From assembly GCA_005798555.1 (NCBI GenBank), contig SYJA01000078.1:25191-89190 (forward strand): a stretch of DNA of 64,000 nucleotides, written 5' to 3'. The DNA comes from Actinomycetota bacterium. Its GTDB lineage: Bacteria; Actinomycetota; Actinomycetes; S36-B12. Of the stretch, positions 36,830 to 46,743 are shown one piece after another; the stretch's first letter is position 1, and every line of letters begins with the position of its first letter. The notes below the pieces were generated by a model that saw nothing but the letters and a program-made list of their open reading frames with translations, had not been told where the DNA came from and searched no databases. Made by a program: the position numbers and the translations under genes.

Positions 36830-37375
36830 GTGACCACACCCCAGCCGACCGGGCGACCCAACAAGCGCATGCGCCAGAGCGTCGCCGACATGGTGTGGTC
36901 CATGGGTTTGGTGCTGGCCCTGATCGGCTTAATTTTGGTCGTTACCCTCCGCCCGCAACCCGATGCGGTCAAAGTCGTTGACCCAACGCAGGTGTTGATA
37001 GCCGCTCGGGCCTTGGCCCCGTTCCCGGTATTGGTGCCCGAGGGCCTAGACGGATATCAGGTCACGAGCGCGAGGTGGCAGGAGACTGCGAAATCTGGTG
37101 GTGACGATGTGTTGCACCTTGGGTACGTGACCCCGGGGGCCGAGTACGTGCAGGTCAGCCAGTCGGCGGCAACTACCGGCGAGTTCATCGCGGAGCAGAC
37201 TGCTGGCGGTATTGCGTCTGAGCAAGTGCGCATCGACGGCGCGCAGTGGCAGTTATATGAAACTGCCGAGCGGATTTCACTAGTGCTGCCAGGCGCCAAG
37301 GTAACCACGGTGGTTAGCGGCACGGCGACCCAAGAAGAACTCGAGCAGGTCGCGCGGTCATTGGCGCCGAGCTAG
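36830..37375 (+). CDS. DUF4245-like membrane-anchored protein (Rv1100-like position)
   Basis: N-terminal TM (VWSMGLVLALIGLILVV) and position divergent from glpX. Confidence 0.55.
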   Translation: MTTPQPTGRPNKRMRQSVADMVWSMGLVLALIGLILVVTLRPQPDAVKVVDPTQVLIAARALAPFPVLVPEGLDGYQVTSARWQETAKSGGDDVLHLGYVTPGAEYVQVSQSAATTGEFIAEQTAGGIASEQVRIDGAQWQLYETAERISLVLPGAKVTTVVSGTATQEELEQVARSLAPS

Positions 37376-37584
37376 TCGGGGGCCTGCGACTGCTCTAGTC
37401 GGGCTCTGGTGGTGTTGAGCCAGCCCTGGCAAACGGCCGCAAGTTCTTCACCGCGCTCCCAAAGTGCCATGGACTCCTCAAGCGTAAGGCCACCGGCTTC
37501 GAGTTGCTGAACAATCAGCGAGAGTTCATCGCGCGCGGCTTCGAAGCTCGGGTTTTCGGCACTTTCTGGTTTCCTGCTGGTCAC
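37372..37584 (-). CDS. xseB: Exodeoxyribonuclease VII small subunit
   Basis: 70 aa. FEAARDELSLIVQQLEAGGLTLEESMALWERGEEL matches the XseB signature. Overlaps xseA (ATGA type). Confidence 0.85.
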   Translation of the reverse strand: MTSRKPESAENPSFEAARDELSLIVQQLEAGGLTLEESMALWERGEELAAVCQGWLNTTRARLEQSQAPD

Positions 37585-38729
37585 GCCTTCTCCTTTATTC
37601 GGGTTGCGGCAAAACGCCCCTTGGCTAAGCGAATACCAACCATCTGATCATCCTTTACCTGTGACTCGTCGCGTACGATTGCACCGTCACCGGTGAGCAC
37701 TATCGCGTAACCACGATCGAGCGTCGCAGCCGGCGACAATGCGCGAACCTGCGCGGCTAGGTGGGCGATCTGGGCTGTTGACTTTTCGACCAGATGGCTG
37801 ATAACCATCGTCATTCTTCTGCGATGATCCTGGATCTTGGTGGCTTCGCGTTCGAATTGGTTCATGACCGAGACCCGTGCTCGGTTGCGCAGGGCCAGGA
37901 CGATGGACTCCTGCTCAGCAAGTGAAGGCACTACTCGCTTGGCCGCGTCGGTGGGTGTTGATGCGCGTAGGTCCGCGACAAAATCCAATAGTGGCGCGTC
38001 CTGCTCGTGACCAATGGCGCTTACAATCGGTGTTCGGCAGTTGCTCACTGCGCGAACTAGACTCTCATTGCTGAACGGGAGAAGATCCTCAACACTGCCA
38101 CCGCCACGCGTAATGATGATGACATCAACGTCTGGATCTGCAGCCAACTGCTCGAGCGCACCGATTACCTCGGGCACGCACTGCACGCCCTGCACCGCTA
38201 CTTCGCGGATCTCGAATTCGATACCGGGCCAGCGGTCGTTAGCGTTGACGGTGACATCGTGCATGGCGGCGCTGCCCCGACCGCAGATCAAGCCAATTTT
38301 TCGCGGCAAGAATGGAAGGAGCCTCTTGCGCTCTACGGCGAACAGCCCTTCGGCGGCGAGTAGCGCGCGGAGGCGTTCGAGTTGGGCTAATAGGTCACCG
38401 ATGCCGACAGCGCGGATTTGTTTGGCGCGAAACTGCAGGCTCCCTTTGCCGGTGTAGTACTCGGGCTGAGCAAACACGATGATGCGCTGCCCGGCGGCTA
38501 TCGGTGGCTCGACCGCGCCGAGCACTTTTGCATCGGCCACGATCGTGATCGACATCTCCACATCCGGGTCGCGTAACGTCAGATAGAACTGCCGCGCGCC
38601 AGGGCGTGGCCGGTATTCGGCCACCTGGCCGTCAATCCAGATGGCCCCGAGACGGCCAACCCATTCGGCAACCGCGCGCGAGACAGTGCGGACTGCCGCC
38701 GGTTCCTCTGGAGTTGTCTGCAGTGCCAT
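37581..38729 (-). CDS. xseA: Exodeoxyribonuclease VII large subunit
   Basis: N-terminal OB fold (IWIDGQVAEY), ITRGGGS motif and C-terminal coiled coil. Confidence 0.85.
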   Translation of the reverse strand: MALQTTPEEPAAVRTVSRAVAEWVGRLGAIWIDGQVAEYRPRPGARQFYLTLRDPDVEMSITIVADAKVLGAVEPPIAAGQRIIVFAQPEYYTGKGSLQFRAKQIRAVGIGDLLAQLERLRALLAAEGLFAVERKRLLPFLPRKIGLICGRGSAAMHDVTVNANDRWPGIEFEIREVAVQGVQCVPEVIGALEQLAADPDVDVIIITRGGGSVEDLLPFSNESLVRAVSNCRTPIVSAIGHEQDAPLLDFVADLRASTPTDAAKRVVPSLAEQESIVLALRNRARVSVMNQFEREATKIQDHRRRMTMVISHLVEKSTAQIAHLAAQVRALSPAATLDRGYAIVLTGDGAIVRDESQVKDDQMVGIRLAKGRFAATRIKEKA

Positions 38730-38790
38730 TTGGCCTCCTTTGCCAGCAGCAGCCTAAGCAGGGTCGACCATACGGCCGTACGATGGAGGG

Positions 38791-39765
38791 GTGGACAACC
38801 CGACCAAGAAGGTTCTGCTGGCTGAACCACGGGGGTATTGCGCTGGTGTCGATCGCGCGGTGGTGACAGTCGAGAAGGCCCTTGGGCTCTATGGCGCCCC
38901 GGTTTATGTGCGCAAGGAGATCGTTCATAACAAGCATGTCGTCCAAGATTTGCAAAGTCGCGGCGCCATCTTCGTTGACGAACTAGATGAGGTACCAGAG
39001 GGCTCCACAGTGATTTTCTCGGCCCACGGCGTGGCACCGATCGTGCATGTGCAGGCGGCTGAACGGGGCCTGAAAGCCATTGACGCCACCTGCCCATTAG
39101 TTACCAAGGTGCACGCTGAAGTAAAGCGATTCGCCAATGAAGGATTCCAGATCCTCCTAATCGGGCACGCTGACCACGAGGAGGTTGTTGGCACCGCCGG
39201 GGAGGCTCCCGAAGTCATTACGGTTGTTCAAGATGTGGCCGAAGCCGCCACGGTGGAGGTGGCCGACCCTTCGAAGTTGATCTGGCTTTCGCAGACCACT
39301 TTGTCGGTAGACGAAGCGATGGAGACTGTGGATGTCTTGAAGTCAAGGTTTCCGAATCTACTAAGCCCGCCAAGTGATGACATCTGCTACGCAACCCAAA
39401 ATCGCCAGGTAGCCGTCAAGGCAATGGCGGAACAATGTGATGTTGTCATTGTTGTCGGGTCTGCGAACTCCTCGAATTCGGTGCGCCTCGTCGAAGTCGC
39501 GCTTGAAGCTGGCGCCAGCAACTCATACCGGGTAGACAATGCAGCCGAATTGCGCGAGGAATGGTTTAACCAGACTGCCATAGTCGGGGTGACCAGCGGG
39601 GCGTCGGTCCCGGAGCAGTTGGTTGATGAGGTACTGGCTTGGTTGCGAGTGCGTGGCTACGGTTCGGTTGAGGTAGTCAAGACGGCCGAGGAGACGTTGA
39701 TTTTCGCGCTGCCACCGGAGTTGCGGCGGGATATGAAGGCCGCTGAGCAAGCCAAAGGCAGATAA
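38791..39765 (+). CDS. ispH: 4-hydroxy-3-methylbut-2-enyl diphosphate reductase
   Basis: [16 protein letters not shown] and TCPLVTKVH cysteine motifs. The GTG start is preceded by GGAGGG. Confidence 0.9.
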   Translation: MDNPTKKVLLAEPRGYCAGVDRAVVTVEKALGLYGAPVYVRKEIVHNKHVVQDLQSRGAIFVDELDEVPEGSTVIFSAHGVAPIVHVQAAERGLKAIDATCPLVTKVHAEVKRFANEGFQILLIGHADHEEVVGTAGEAPEVITVVQDVAEAATVEVADPSKLIWLSQTTLSVDEAMETVDVLKSRFPNLLSPPSDDICYATQNRQVAVKAMAEQCDVVIVVGSANSSNSVRLVEVALEAGASNSYRVDNAAELREEWFNQTAIVGVTSGASVPEQLVDEVLAWLRVRGYGSVEVVKTAEETLIFALPPELRRDMKAAEQAKGR

Positions 39766-39770
39766 GTGAA

Positions 39771-40526
39771 TCAGCGGCGCTGGCTCCGCACGATCACGAT
39801 GATCAAGGCGATCAATGTTGAGCCAATCACCCAGGCCCAGTTGTCGGCGAGGGTGAAGAACACCGCAACTGCTCGACCAATGAGCGCACCGCCCGTGATG
39901 GTGACACCTATTTGACCGACCGTGATCGCCGCTAAGAAGAACGCAATGGGTGGTGCAATGACGGCGACAGCCAGATCGCCGGCTCGAACGGTTAAGGCCG
40001 CGTAGCCACTTGAGATGAGCAGTGCCAGCCCGGTGACCAGCCCAAGGCCGGCGCCGCCGACGAAGATATCGATGCACCCAAAGAGCAACGTGCTGCCGAT
40101 AACGATCGCGTATACGCCGATTGGCCGAAGCCCACGGGTTTGTGTGCTGTTGGTGGAGTTGGTGAAGGTACGTCGGGCCCTGCGCCCGCGCGGCTCACCA
40201 ATTGCTACTAGCGCTGGTAAATCGGCGTCTGGCGTGATCGCAATCACCGCAGGTGCGGTACGACGCGGTGTTGGGGGCAGCAGGCCAGCAAGTGGTGCCG
40301 GCGCAACAGGTCGAGCCTCGCCTTCGATGACCTGCAGGGTGCGCAACGTGCCCACCCGGTCTGAGCCGACGGCGACAATGGCATCGGCCCCCGTGGTGGT
40401 CCGGCTACTGCGAAATAGCCGGCCGGTGTCGGCGGGCTCGCGATTCTTAGCCGGTGGCACATCATCCGGCGGTCGGAACAAAGAGCTGTATGCCTCGTCG
40501 TCCGCTGGGTTTGTTTCCTCGCTCAC
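39771..40526 (-). CDS. Membrane protein with disordered N-terminus and four C-terminal TM segments (Rv1111c/DUF6542-like)
   Basis: Composition, topology and position next to ispH. The family name is from memory. Confidence 0.45.
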   Translation of the reverse strand: MSEETNPADDEAYSSLFRPPDDVPPAKNREPADTGRLFRSSRTTTGADAIVAVGSDRVGTLRTLQVIEGEARPVAPAPLAGLLPPTPRRTAPAVIAITPDADLPALVAIGEPRGRRARRTFTNSTNSTQTRGLRPIGVYAIVIGSTLLFGCIDIFVGGAGLGLVTGLALLISSGYAALTVRAGDLAVAVIAPPIAFFLAAITVGQIGVTITGGALIGRAVAVFFTLADNWAWVIGSTLIALIIVIVRSQRR

Positions 40527-40539
40527 GGAAGTACGGTAC

Positions 40540-41652
40540 TCAACTGGCTAGGTGATTGGTGGTCGCCCGGTCACTGATGAACTCGCGCGCCGTCAAGACC
40601 CGCGCCTGCGCGGTGATGGCGGTGGCTTCAGGGAGCTCATCATCGGTGACGCCGCATTCGTTAAAGGCCCGAGTGGTGACCAGGACCCGCGTCTCAAGCG
40701 AGGCGACCGCCTTGTTGTAGTGCCCAACGGCGGAGTCCAGTGCGGAACCCACCTTGCTGAGGTGCTGGGCCAAAATGGCGATGCGTGAGTGCAGATCGCG
40801 CCCAAGCCGAGAGATTTCCTCGGCATTGGCGGCAAGGCGTTCGTGGCGCCAGGTCAGCGCGACGGTGCGCATGAGCGCAAACATCGTGGTCGGCGTGGCC
40901 GGCACGATATTGCGGCTGAATGCGTAATCCAGCAGGTCAGGGCGCATTTGCAAGGCGACTTCCAGGAGGGACTCCGACGGTAGGAACAACACCACGAACT
41001 CGACGTTCTGTGGCACCTGTCGGCGGTAGTCCTTGCTATTTAGTGAGTCGATGTGGCGGAGAACGTCCGTGGCGTGCTGGCCGAGCAGGTGCCTGACGAC
41101 GGCATCATCGGTGGCCTGCTCGGCCTCTAGGAAGGCCGCCAGTGGCACCTTGGCATCGATGACGATGGACCGACCACCGGCTAGGTGAATGACCATGTCA
41201 GGGCGAAGTGCCCCACCGTCGCCTTGGTGCGTGGACTGCTCAGCAAAATCAACCCGGTCGAGCATCCCCGCGGCTTCGACTAGGCGCCGCAATTGCATCT
41301 CACCCCACCGCCCACGGGCTCCGGTGCGACCAAGGACCGCTGCGAGCCGCGAGGCCTCGCGCCGCACCTCGTCGGTTGAGCGCTGCATTGATAGCACGTG
41401 CTGGCTCAGCTGTGTAGTCAGTTCCGTGCGCAAAGTGACCTGGCCGGTGGTGGTTTCTTGCTGCTGCCGGGCGACCTGATCGGCGAGGGCGCCCAGCGAG
41501 GCTGTGACCGGAACCAGGGCCGACGCCCATTCGGCGGGCGCCGAGCGCCGCGCGGCCCTGCCGGCTGCGGCAGCGCCAACCGCGATTCCCAGGGCCAAAA
41601 CCAAACCGATGCCGATGACGACAACGGCCAGTGCGGGAAGTGAGTTATCCAT
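40540..41652 (-). CDS. rmuC: DNA recombination protein RmuC
   Basis: N-terminal TM and coiled coil. C-terminal nuclease-like region with RPDMVIHLAGGRSIVIDAKVPL and FVVLFLPSE motifs. Confidence 0.8.
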   Translation of the reverse strand: MDNSLPALAVVVIGIGLVLALGIAVGAAAAGRAARRSAPAEWASALVPVTASLGALADQVARQQQETTTGQVTLRTELTTQLSQHVLSMQRSTDEVRREASRLAAVLGRTGARGRWGEMQLRRLVEAAGMLDRVDFAEQSTHQGDGGALRPDMVIHLAGGRSIVIDAKVPLAAFLEAEQATDDAVVRHLLGQHATDVLRHIDSLNSKDYRRQVPQNVEFVVLFLPSESLLEVALQMRPDLLDYAFSRNIVPATPTTMFALMRTVALTWRHERLAANAEEISRLGRDLHSRIAILAQHLSKVGSALDSAVGHYNKAVASLETRVLVTTRAFNECGVTDDELPEATAITAQARVLTAREFISDRATTNHLAS

Positions 41653-41713
41653 GGCTCAAGGGTCCCAGCAGGGTCTGACAGTTACCGCCTTCGACACGGT
41701 TGCGATCAGTTAA

Positions 41714-41881
41714 CTACTCGTCATTACCCGCAAAGCAACTACCGTTATAGCCACTTAGATAACCTGAGGGGCTCGAGGTGCCGCCGATACTGCCGGCACC
41801 CGGGCGCACCCAACCAACACATAGGGCCAACCGGTCACTTGGTGCCGAGCAAATTGGCGCGGCCACTTCATTCTTCGACAT
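41714..41881 (-). CDS. Conserved 55-aa small protein, paralogue 2 (unknown family)
   Basis: Not in the ORF track because it is under 60 aa. It runs ATG 41881 to TAG 41714 and encodes MSKNEVAAPICSAPSDRLALCVGWVRPGAGSIGGTSSPSGYLSGYNGSCFAGNDE. It has the same length, shared core and NDE-stop terminus as 30223-30390. Confidence 0.55.
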   Translation of the reverse strand: MSKNEVAAPICSAPSDRLALCVGWVRPGAGSIGGTSSPSGYLSGYNGSCFAGNDE

Positions 41882-41992
41882 TTGATTTCCGTTACCAAGT
41901 GAACCCGCTGCTTGCGGCTAGCACCAACGAGAACACCTAAGCCACCTAATGGCAATGACCAAACGTCAAAAAACCTTGCTTTGTGCCGGGTG

Positions 41993-44719
41993 CTACGGCT
42001 GGGCAGGGGTCGTTGGCTGGAGAGCGGCGAAAATTAGTGGTGGGGCAAATGGCAAGTCTCGAAGCCGGACGCCGGTCGCGTCGGCAATGGCATTGGCGAT
42101 CGCCGGTGCCACCGGATCGATGGGTGGCTCACCTGCCCCCTTGGCACCATATGGGCCGAATTTGTCTGCGGTGCCGGGCACATAGACCTCTACCCTGGGA
42201 GCGTCCGCGAAGTTTGGGATGCGGTACATGCGCAGACCGGGATTTTGTACCTCCCCACGTGGACCAGTTTGGAACCATTCGGTGACTGCCCCGCCGATCC
42301 CCATGACGACGGCACCTTCAACCTGCCCGCGCAGGGCCATGGGGTTGATCACGGTGCCGGCATCAACCGCATGGGCCACCTGCAGAAACACGATCTCCCC
42401 GGTAGTTGTGTTAATCGCGAGCCGCACGCCATGCACATTGAACCCATTGCTGATCGGTGATCCGTACGCTCGTCTTGCCTGCGCCAAGGTCACGCCGGCG
42501 TCTTCGGCTGCGGCGAAGAGTTCAACCAGGCTGACGGAAGCTTTATCGGACCAAACTTCGTCTGCTCGTAAGACACAGTCAATCGGTTCGACTCCCAGGT
42601 ATCGGGCGGCGAAATTGATGATTTTCAACTGCAACGCTTGGGCGGCTAGCGCAACGGCCTTTCCAGCGACATTAAGCCCAGCGCTGGCGAAGGCCCCGGT
42701 GTCCCAACCGCTGGTGGCGGTATCCCCGTGCACCACCTTGACGCGGTCGATGGTGGTGTTCAACGCAGTAGCCGTGAACTGCGCTTGCGCGGTAGTCGTC
42801 CCGTTGCCGAACTCGCAGGTACCGACATTGACCTGATAGGTGGAGTCGGCGAGGAGCGTGACACCGGCCTCAGATCGATGTTCGGTAGGTGGCGAGGACT
42901 CGAACATCGATATTGCAAAACCGGTGCCGACCCGCCAATCGTCACCACTTGGTGCCTCTACGCCATTGCCGCGCGCCATCGCTGTTTCTACGAGTTCCAT
43001 GCACTCGTCTAGGCAGTAGCCGCCCAATACGTCATCACCGGGGCTGCGCTCGATCCCAACATCGTCGCCCGGCACGACGACATTCCTGCGCCGCATCGCC
43101 ATGGGGTCAATACCCAGTGCCGCAGCTAGTTCATCTATTGCGGATTCAATCGCGAATGTTGTCTGCACCGCGCCATATCCGCGCATGCCCCCGGAAGGGA
43201 CGTTGTTCGTGTAGACGGCGCGGCCGTCGTATTGCTTGTTCCGGCACCGATACCACGTCATCGCATTGCTGCTCGCATACAGCACCTCGCCACCGTGATT
43301 ACCATAAGCGCCGGTGTTTGTTGTCACGTCCATCTGCATCGCTGTCAACGTGCCATCGGCCTGCGCCCCAAGCTTGACGGTGATCCGCATCGGGTGCCGG
43401 GGCGAGGCGCCGTAGAACTCCTCTTCGCGGGTGAACTCCCACTGCACCGGCCGGCCGGTGTCAATGGTGGCCAAGAGGCATAGATCCTCGGTGAAGACTT
43501 CCTGCTTAGCGCCGAAGCCGCCCCCCACCCGCTTGGTAAAGACGCGGATCTCGCTGGCCTGCAGGTCGAATAGATAACAGAGTTTGGCTTGGGCCAAGAA
43601 TGGCGTTTGCGTGCTCGTTCGGACTTGGAGCACGCCGGTTTCATCGATCCAGGTGACACTGCCATGGGTTTCAAGGGGCGCCTGGGCCATCCGCGGAGTG
43701 TTGTACGTTGCCTCATGGACGATGTGGGCCTGCGCGAATCCGGCCTCGACGTCACCGCGTGACTTGTTGAATTCAAGGAGAATGTTGGTTGCAGGGCGCT
43801 TCAGATGCCCATCGAGTGTCACGCCTTGATGTAGCAGGGGAGCACCCGGTTGCATGGCCGCCAAGGGGTCAAAGACGGCCGGCAACTCCTGCCACTCAAT
43901 AGCCACTTGCCGGCACCCCTCTTCGGCAGCACCAACGCTCTCTGCAACAACAGCCACCATGCGTTGACCGATGAACCGGGCAACTTGGTCGAGCATGCGG
44001 GTGTCGTCGGGGTCTACTAGGTGGTTATCGTGGCAGGCGGTGTCGTAGAGCTTGTCGGGTACGTCCTCCCAGGTGTAGACGGCAACAACTCCCGGTACTG
44101 CCTTGGCGGCACTGGTGTCGATGGAGAGCGCCCGCGCGTGTGCATGTGGTGAGCGCACCACCTTCAGGTGCAGTAACCCGGTGATGTCGTGATCGAGGGT
44201 GTACTGGGCGGTGCCGGTGACGATGCCCCTGCCGTCGGCCGGGCCGACACTGGTACCCACCGCTTTTCCTGCGGCTGGCGCCTCGTCGATGTTCGTGATG
44301 GCATTAAGTGCATCCTCAATTGCTCGATAGCCGGTACACCGGCAAAGTGATCCGCGCATTGCCGCCGGCAGGTCAGCTCGTTGCTCTTCGTTCATCCCTG
44401 CACAAGTCATGATCATGCCCGCCGTGCAGAAGCCGCATTGGAATGCGCAGGCTTTAAGGAACTGTTCCTGCATCGGATGCAGGTTATCGCCGTTGGCTAG
44501 ACCTTCGATGGTGGTGATCTCATGGCGTTCGGCCTGCACGGCTGACACCAGGCAACTGTGAACGGGCTTACCGTCAAGCCACAACGTGCACGCACCGCAG
44601 TCGCCGCTGTCGCATCCCTTCTTGACGCCATGGTGACCAAGTTCGCGCAAGAAGGTACGCAGGCATTGGCCGGGGTGCGGCGACGCGTCGAAGGTGCGCC
44701 CATTAACTCTGATAGGCAT
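41993..44719 (-). CDS. Xanthine dehydrogenase/aldehyde oxidase family protein: fused [2Fe-2S] and molybdopterin-binding subunit
   Basis: N-terminal CDSGDCGACT and CGFCTAGM ferredoxin motifs, followed by a roughly 750-aa Moco domain. The ATG at 44719 has a GAGGA RBS 10 nt upstream and lies 13 nt after the FAD-subunit stop. Confidence 0.85.
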   Translation of the reverse strand: MPIRVNGRTFDASPHPGQCLRTFLRELGHHGVKKGCDSGDCGACTLWLDGKPVHSCLVSAVQAERHEITTIEGLANGDNLHPMQEQFLKACAFQCGFCTAGMIMTCAGMNEEQRADLPAAMRGSLCRCTGYRAIEDALNAITNIDEAPAAGKAVGTSVGPADGRGIVTGTAQYTLDHDITGLLHLKVVRSPHAHARALSIDTSAAKAVPGVVAVYTWEDVPDKLYDTACHDNHLVDPDDTRMLDQVARFIGQRMVAVVAESVGAAEEGCRQVAIEWQELPAVFDPLAAMQPGAPLLHQGVTLDGHLKRPATNILLEFNKSRGDVEAGFAQAHIVHEATYNTPRMAQAPLETHGSVTWIDETGVLQVRTSTQTPFLAQAKLCYLFDLQASEIRVFTKRVGGGFGAKQEVFTEDLCLLATIDTGRPVQWEFTREEEFYGASPRHPMRITVKLGAQADGTLTAMQMDVTTNTGAYGNHGGEVLYASSNAMTWYRCRNKQYDGRAVYTNNVPSGGMRGYGAVQTTFAIESAIDELAAALGIDPMAMRRRNVVVPGDDVGIERSPGDDVLGGYCLDECMELVETAMARGNGVEAPSGDDWRVGTGFAISMFESSPPTEHRSEAGVTLLADSTYQVNVGTCEFGNGTTTAQAQFTATALNTTIDRVKVVHGDTATSGWDTGAFASAGLNVAGKAVALAAQALQLKIINFAARYLGVEPIDCVLRADEVWSDKASVSLVELFAAAEDAGVTLAQARRAYGSPISNGFNVHGVRLAINTTTGEIVFLQVAHAVDAGTVINPMALRGQVEGAVVMGIGGAVTEWFQTGPRGEVQNPGLRMYRIPNFADAPRVEVYVPGTADKFGPYGAKGAGEPPIDPVAPAIANAIADATGVRLRDLPFAPPLIFAALQPTTPAQP

Positions 44720-44732
44720 AGGTTGATAGTCC

Positions 44733-45554
44733 TCAGGAGGCCGAAAGCTCGGTTCGGATTTGTTCGGCAAAGACATAGGTCAGGTGACGTCGGTGCGCTG
44801 GGGTTCCGTTCGGGTCGTCGAAATAGAGATCATCGGGTATCAAACGATCCAGGGCGACTCGGACGTCCTCGCTGGAGGGGGCGCCGTTGAATCGCAGATG
44901 GACCGGGTGGATCGTGGCAGCGCTAACCGTAATAAGAATCTCATTCGACTCGGTGTCGCGAGTTCCTACGAGGTAGATGCTCGAGCGCCCATGCTTTGTC
45001 AGTGCGAACCTGCGGAGGGTGTATCGCCGCAAGAGCGCGGACAATGGCAGGTGGATGGATCTGAGCAGTTCGCCCGGCTGCAGGATGTTCGTGTTGTCAC
45101 CGGTAACGAAGTCGATCGCCGGCACAAGTCGGCTGCTCTTGTCCAATGCGAGGATCTTGTACTCGGCGTCAAGCGCCGCACCCATCATCACCATCGGCCC
45201 GGCGGGCAGGGAGGCACAGATATTTCCCCCGACGGTCTGCCGGTTCCAGACTTTGAAACTGGCGAGATACTCCTCGACACTTTGCCGCAGGAATGGCCCG
45301 GCGCGCCAGTGGTCGGGTGGCTTGAATTCATGCAGCTCGGTTATCCCGCAGGTAGCCGCAATCTCCAGGCCGGCCGCACTCACGGTAAGGCTCGGCCAGC
45401 CGGTTTGCGACAGGTCGCGCAGTCGGCGCAGGTGCGGCATTGGCGCACTGAATAGCAGCGTGCCACCGGCAAGCCAAGTGTCGCCATCTCGCCAGTCGTG
45501 GAACGGATCCACCATCGGTGGCACGATCACATCGGTGACGGTCGGCTGATCCAC
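44733..45554 (-). CDS. FAD-binding subunit of molybdopterin dehydrogenase (CoxM/XdhB-like)
   Basis: 273 aa, GGTLLF-type FAD_binding_5 motif, immediately upstream of the Fe-S/Moco gene. Confidence 0.8.
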   Translation of the reverse strand: MDQPTVTDVIVPPMVDPFHDWRDGDTWLAGGTLLFSAPMPHLRRLRDLSQTGWPSLTVSAAGLEIAATCGITELHEFKPPDHWRAGPFLRQSVEEYLASFKVWNRQTVGGNICASLPAGPMVMMGAALDAEYKILALDKSSRLVPAIDFVTGDNTNILQPGELLRSIHLPLSALLRRYTLRRFALTKHGRSSIYLVGTRDTESNEILITVSAATIHPVHLRFNGAPSSEDVRVALDRLIPDDLYFDDPNGTPAHRRHLTYVFAEQIRTELSAS

Positions 45555-45669
45555 GCCCTAAGGATGCCACAGCTCTCGGTGCGCGGCAAAAGGGAGACGG
45601 GTATGGCAGCACGGGCCGATCCAACCCAATTCATTCGACCTAACACCCCGACGCATAAGGTGGCCGATT

Positions 45670-46743
45670 GTGGCTTTAACCATTGGCATCGTAGGGCTCC
45701 CGAATGTCGGCAAGTCAACCCTCTTCAACGCACTGACGAAGAACGACGTGCTGGCGGCGAACTACCCCTTTGCCACCATCGAGCCGAACACGGGCGTCGT
45801 GGGCGTACCCGATCCGCGACTTGGCGTCCTCGCCAAGATCTTCGGGTCGGAACGTGAGTTGCCGGCAGCCGTGACTTTCGTCGACATCGCGGGAATCGTG
45901 AAAGGGGCCAGTGAGGGCGCGGGCCTTGGAAATAAGTTCTTGGCAAATATCCGGGAGTCGGAAGCGATCTGTCAGGTGCTGCGAGCGTTTCATGACGATG
46001 ACGTGGTGCACGTCGAAGGTCGAGTATCTCCCGAAGAGGATATGAAGACAATCAATACCGAGTTGATCCTGGCTGATCTCCAAACACTCGACAAAGCGAT
46101 CCCGAGGCTGGAGAAAGAGGCTCGAACCGATAAAACCAAAGCCGCCAACTTGGCTGCCGCACAAGAGGCGCGGGCACTACTCGATGGCGGCACGACGATA
46201 TTCGCATCGGGTATCGACACTGCGCCGCTGCGCGAATCATTCCTGCTCACCGCTAAGCCGTTCCTGTATGTGATCAATGTCGATGAAGAACAACTTGCCG
46301 ATGCGGATTTTCAGAAACGCATGCGTGAGCTAGTTGCCCCTGCTGAGGCCGTCTTCCTTGACGCTAAATTGGAGGCAGAACTCGTCGAACTACCCGACGA
46401 TGAGGCACTTGAGTTATTGCAGTCGGTCGGCCAGGTCGAATCTGGGTTACATGCGCTCGCGCGGGTCGGGTTCGCCACATTGGGTTTGCAGACCTATCTG
46501 ACCGCAGGCCCCAAGGAAGCGCGCGCCTGGACCATTCCGATCGGTGCAACCGCGCCTGAGGCCGCCGGGGTAATCCACACCGACTTCCAGAAGGGCTTCA
46601 TCAAGGCCGAGGTTGTCTCCTTCGATGACCTAGTCGCCAATGGCTCGATGGCCGAGGCCAAGGCCAAGGGCAAGGTGCGCATTGAGGGCAAGGAATATGT
46701 CATGGCCGATGGCGACGTAGTCGAGTTCCGCTTTAACGTCTGA
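45670..46743 (+). CDS. ychF: Redox-regulated ATPase YchF
   Basis: GIVGLPNVGKSTLFNALT G1 motif, TGS domain, and C-terminal DGDVVEFRFNV. Confidence 0.9.
   Translation: MALTIGIVGLPNVGKSTLFNALTKNDVLAANYPFATIEPNTGVVGVPDPRLGVLAKIFGSERELPAAVTFVDIAGIVKGASEGAGLGNKFLANIRESEAICQVLRAFHDDDVVHVEGRVSPEEDMKTINTELILADLQTLDKAIPRLEKEARTDKTKAANLAAAQEARALLDGGTTIFASGIDTAPLRESFLLTAKPFLYVINVDEEQLADADFQKRMRELVAPAEAVFLDAKLEAELVELPDDEALELLQSVGQVESGLHALARVGFATLGLQTYLTAGPKEARAWTIPIGATAPEAAGVIHTDFQKGFIKAEVVSFDDLVANGSMAEAKAKGKVRIEGKEYVMADGDVVEFRFNV

Noticed and set aside
41882-41992. T6 run after the XDH stop, considered as an intrinsic terminator separating XDH from small-protein copy 2
   Set aside because: No stable GC-rich hairpin precedes the T-run, so termination cannot be supported from sequence alone.
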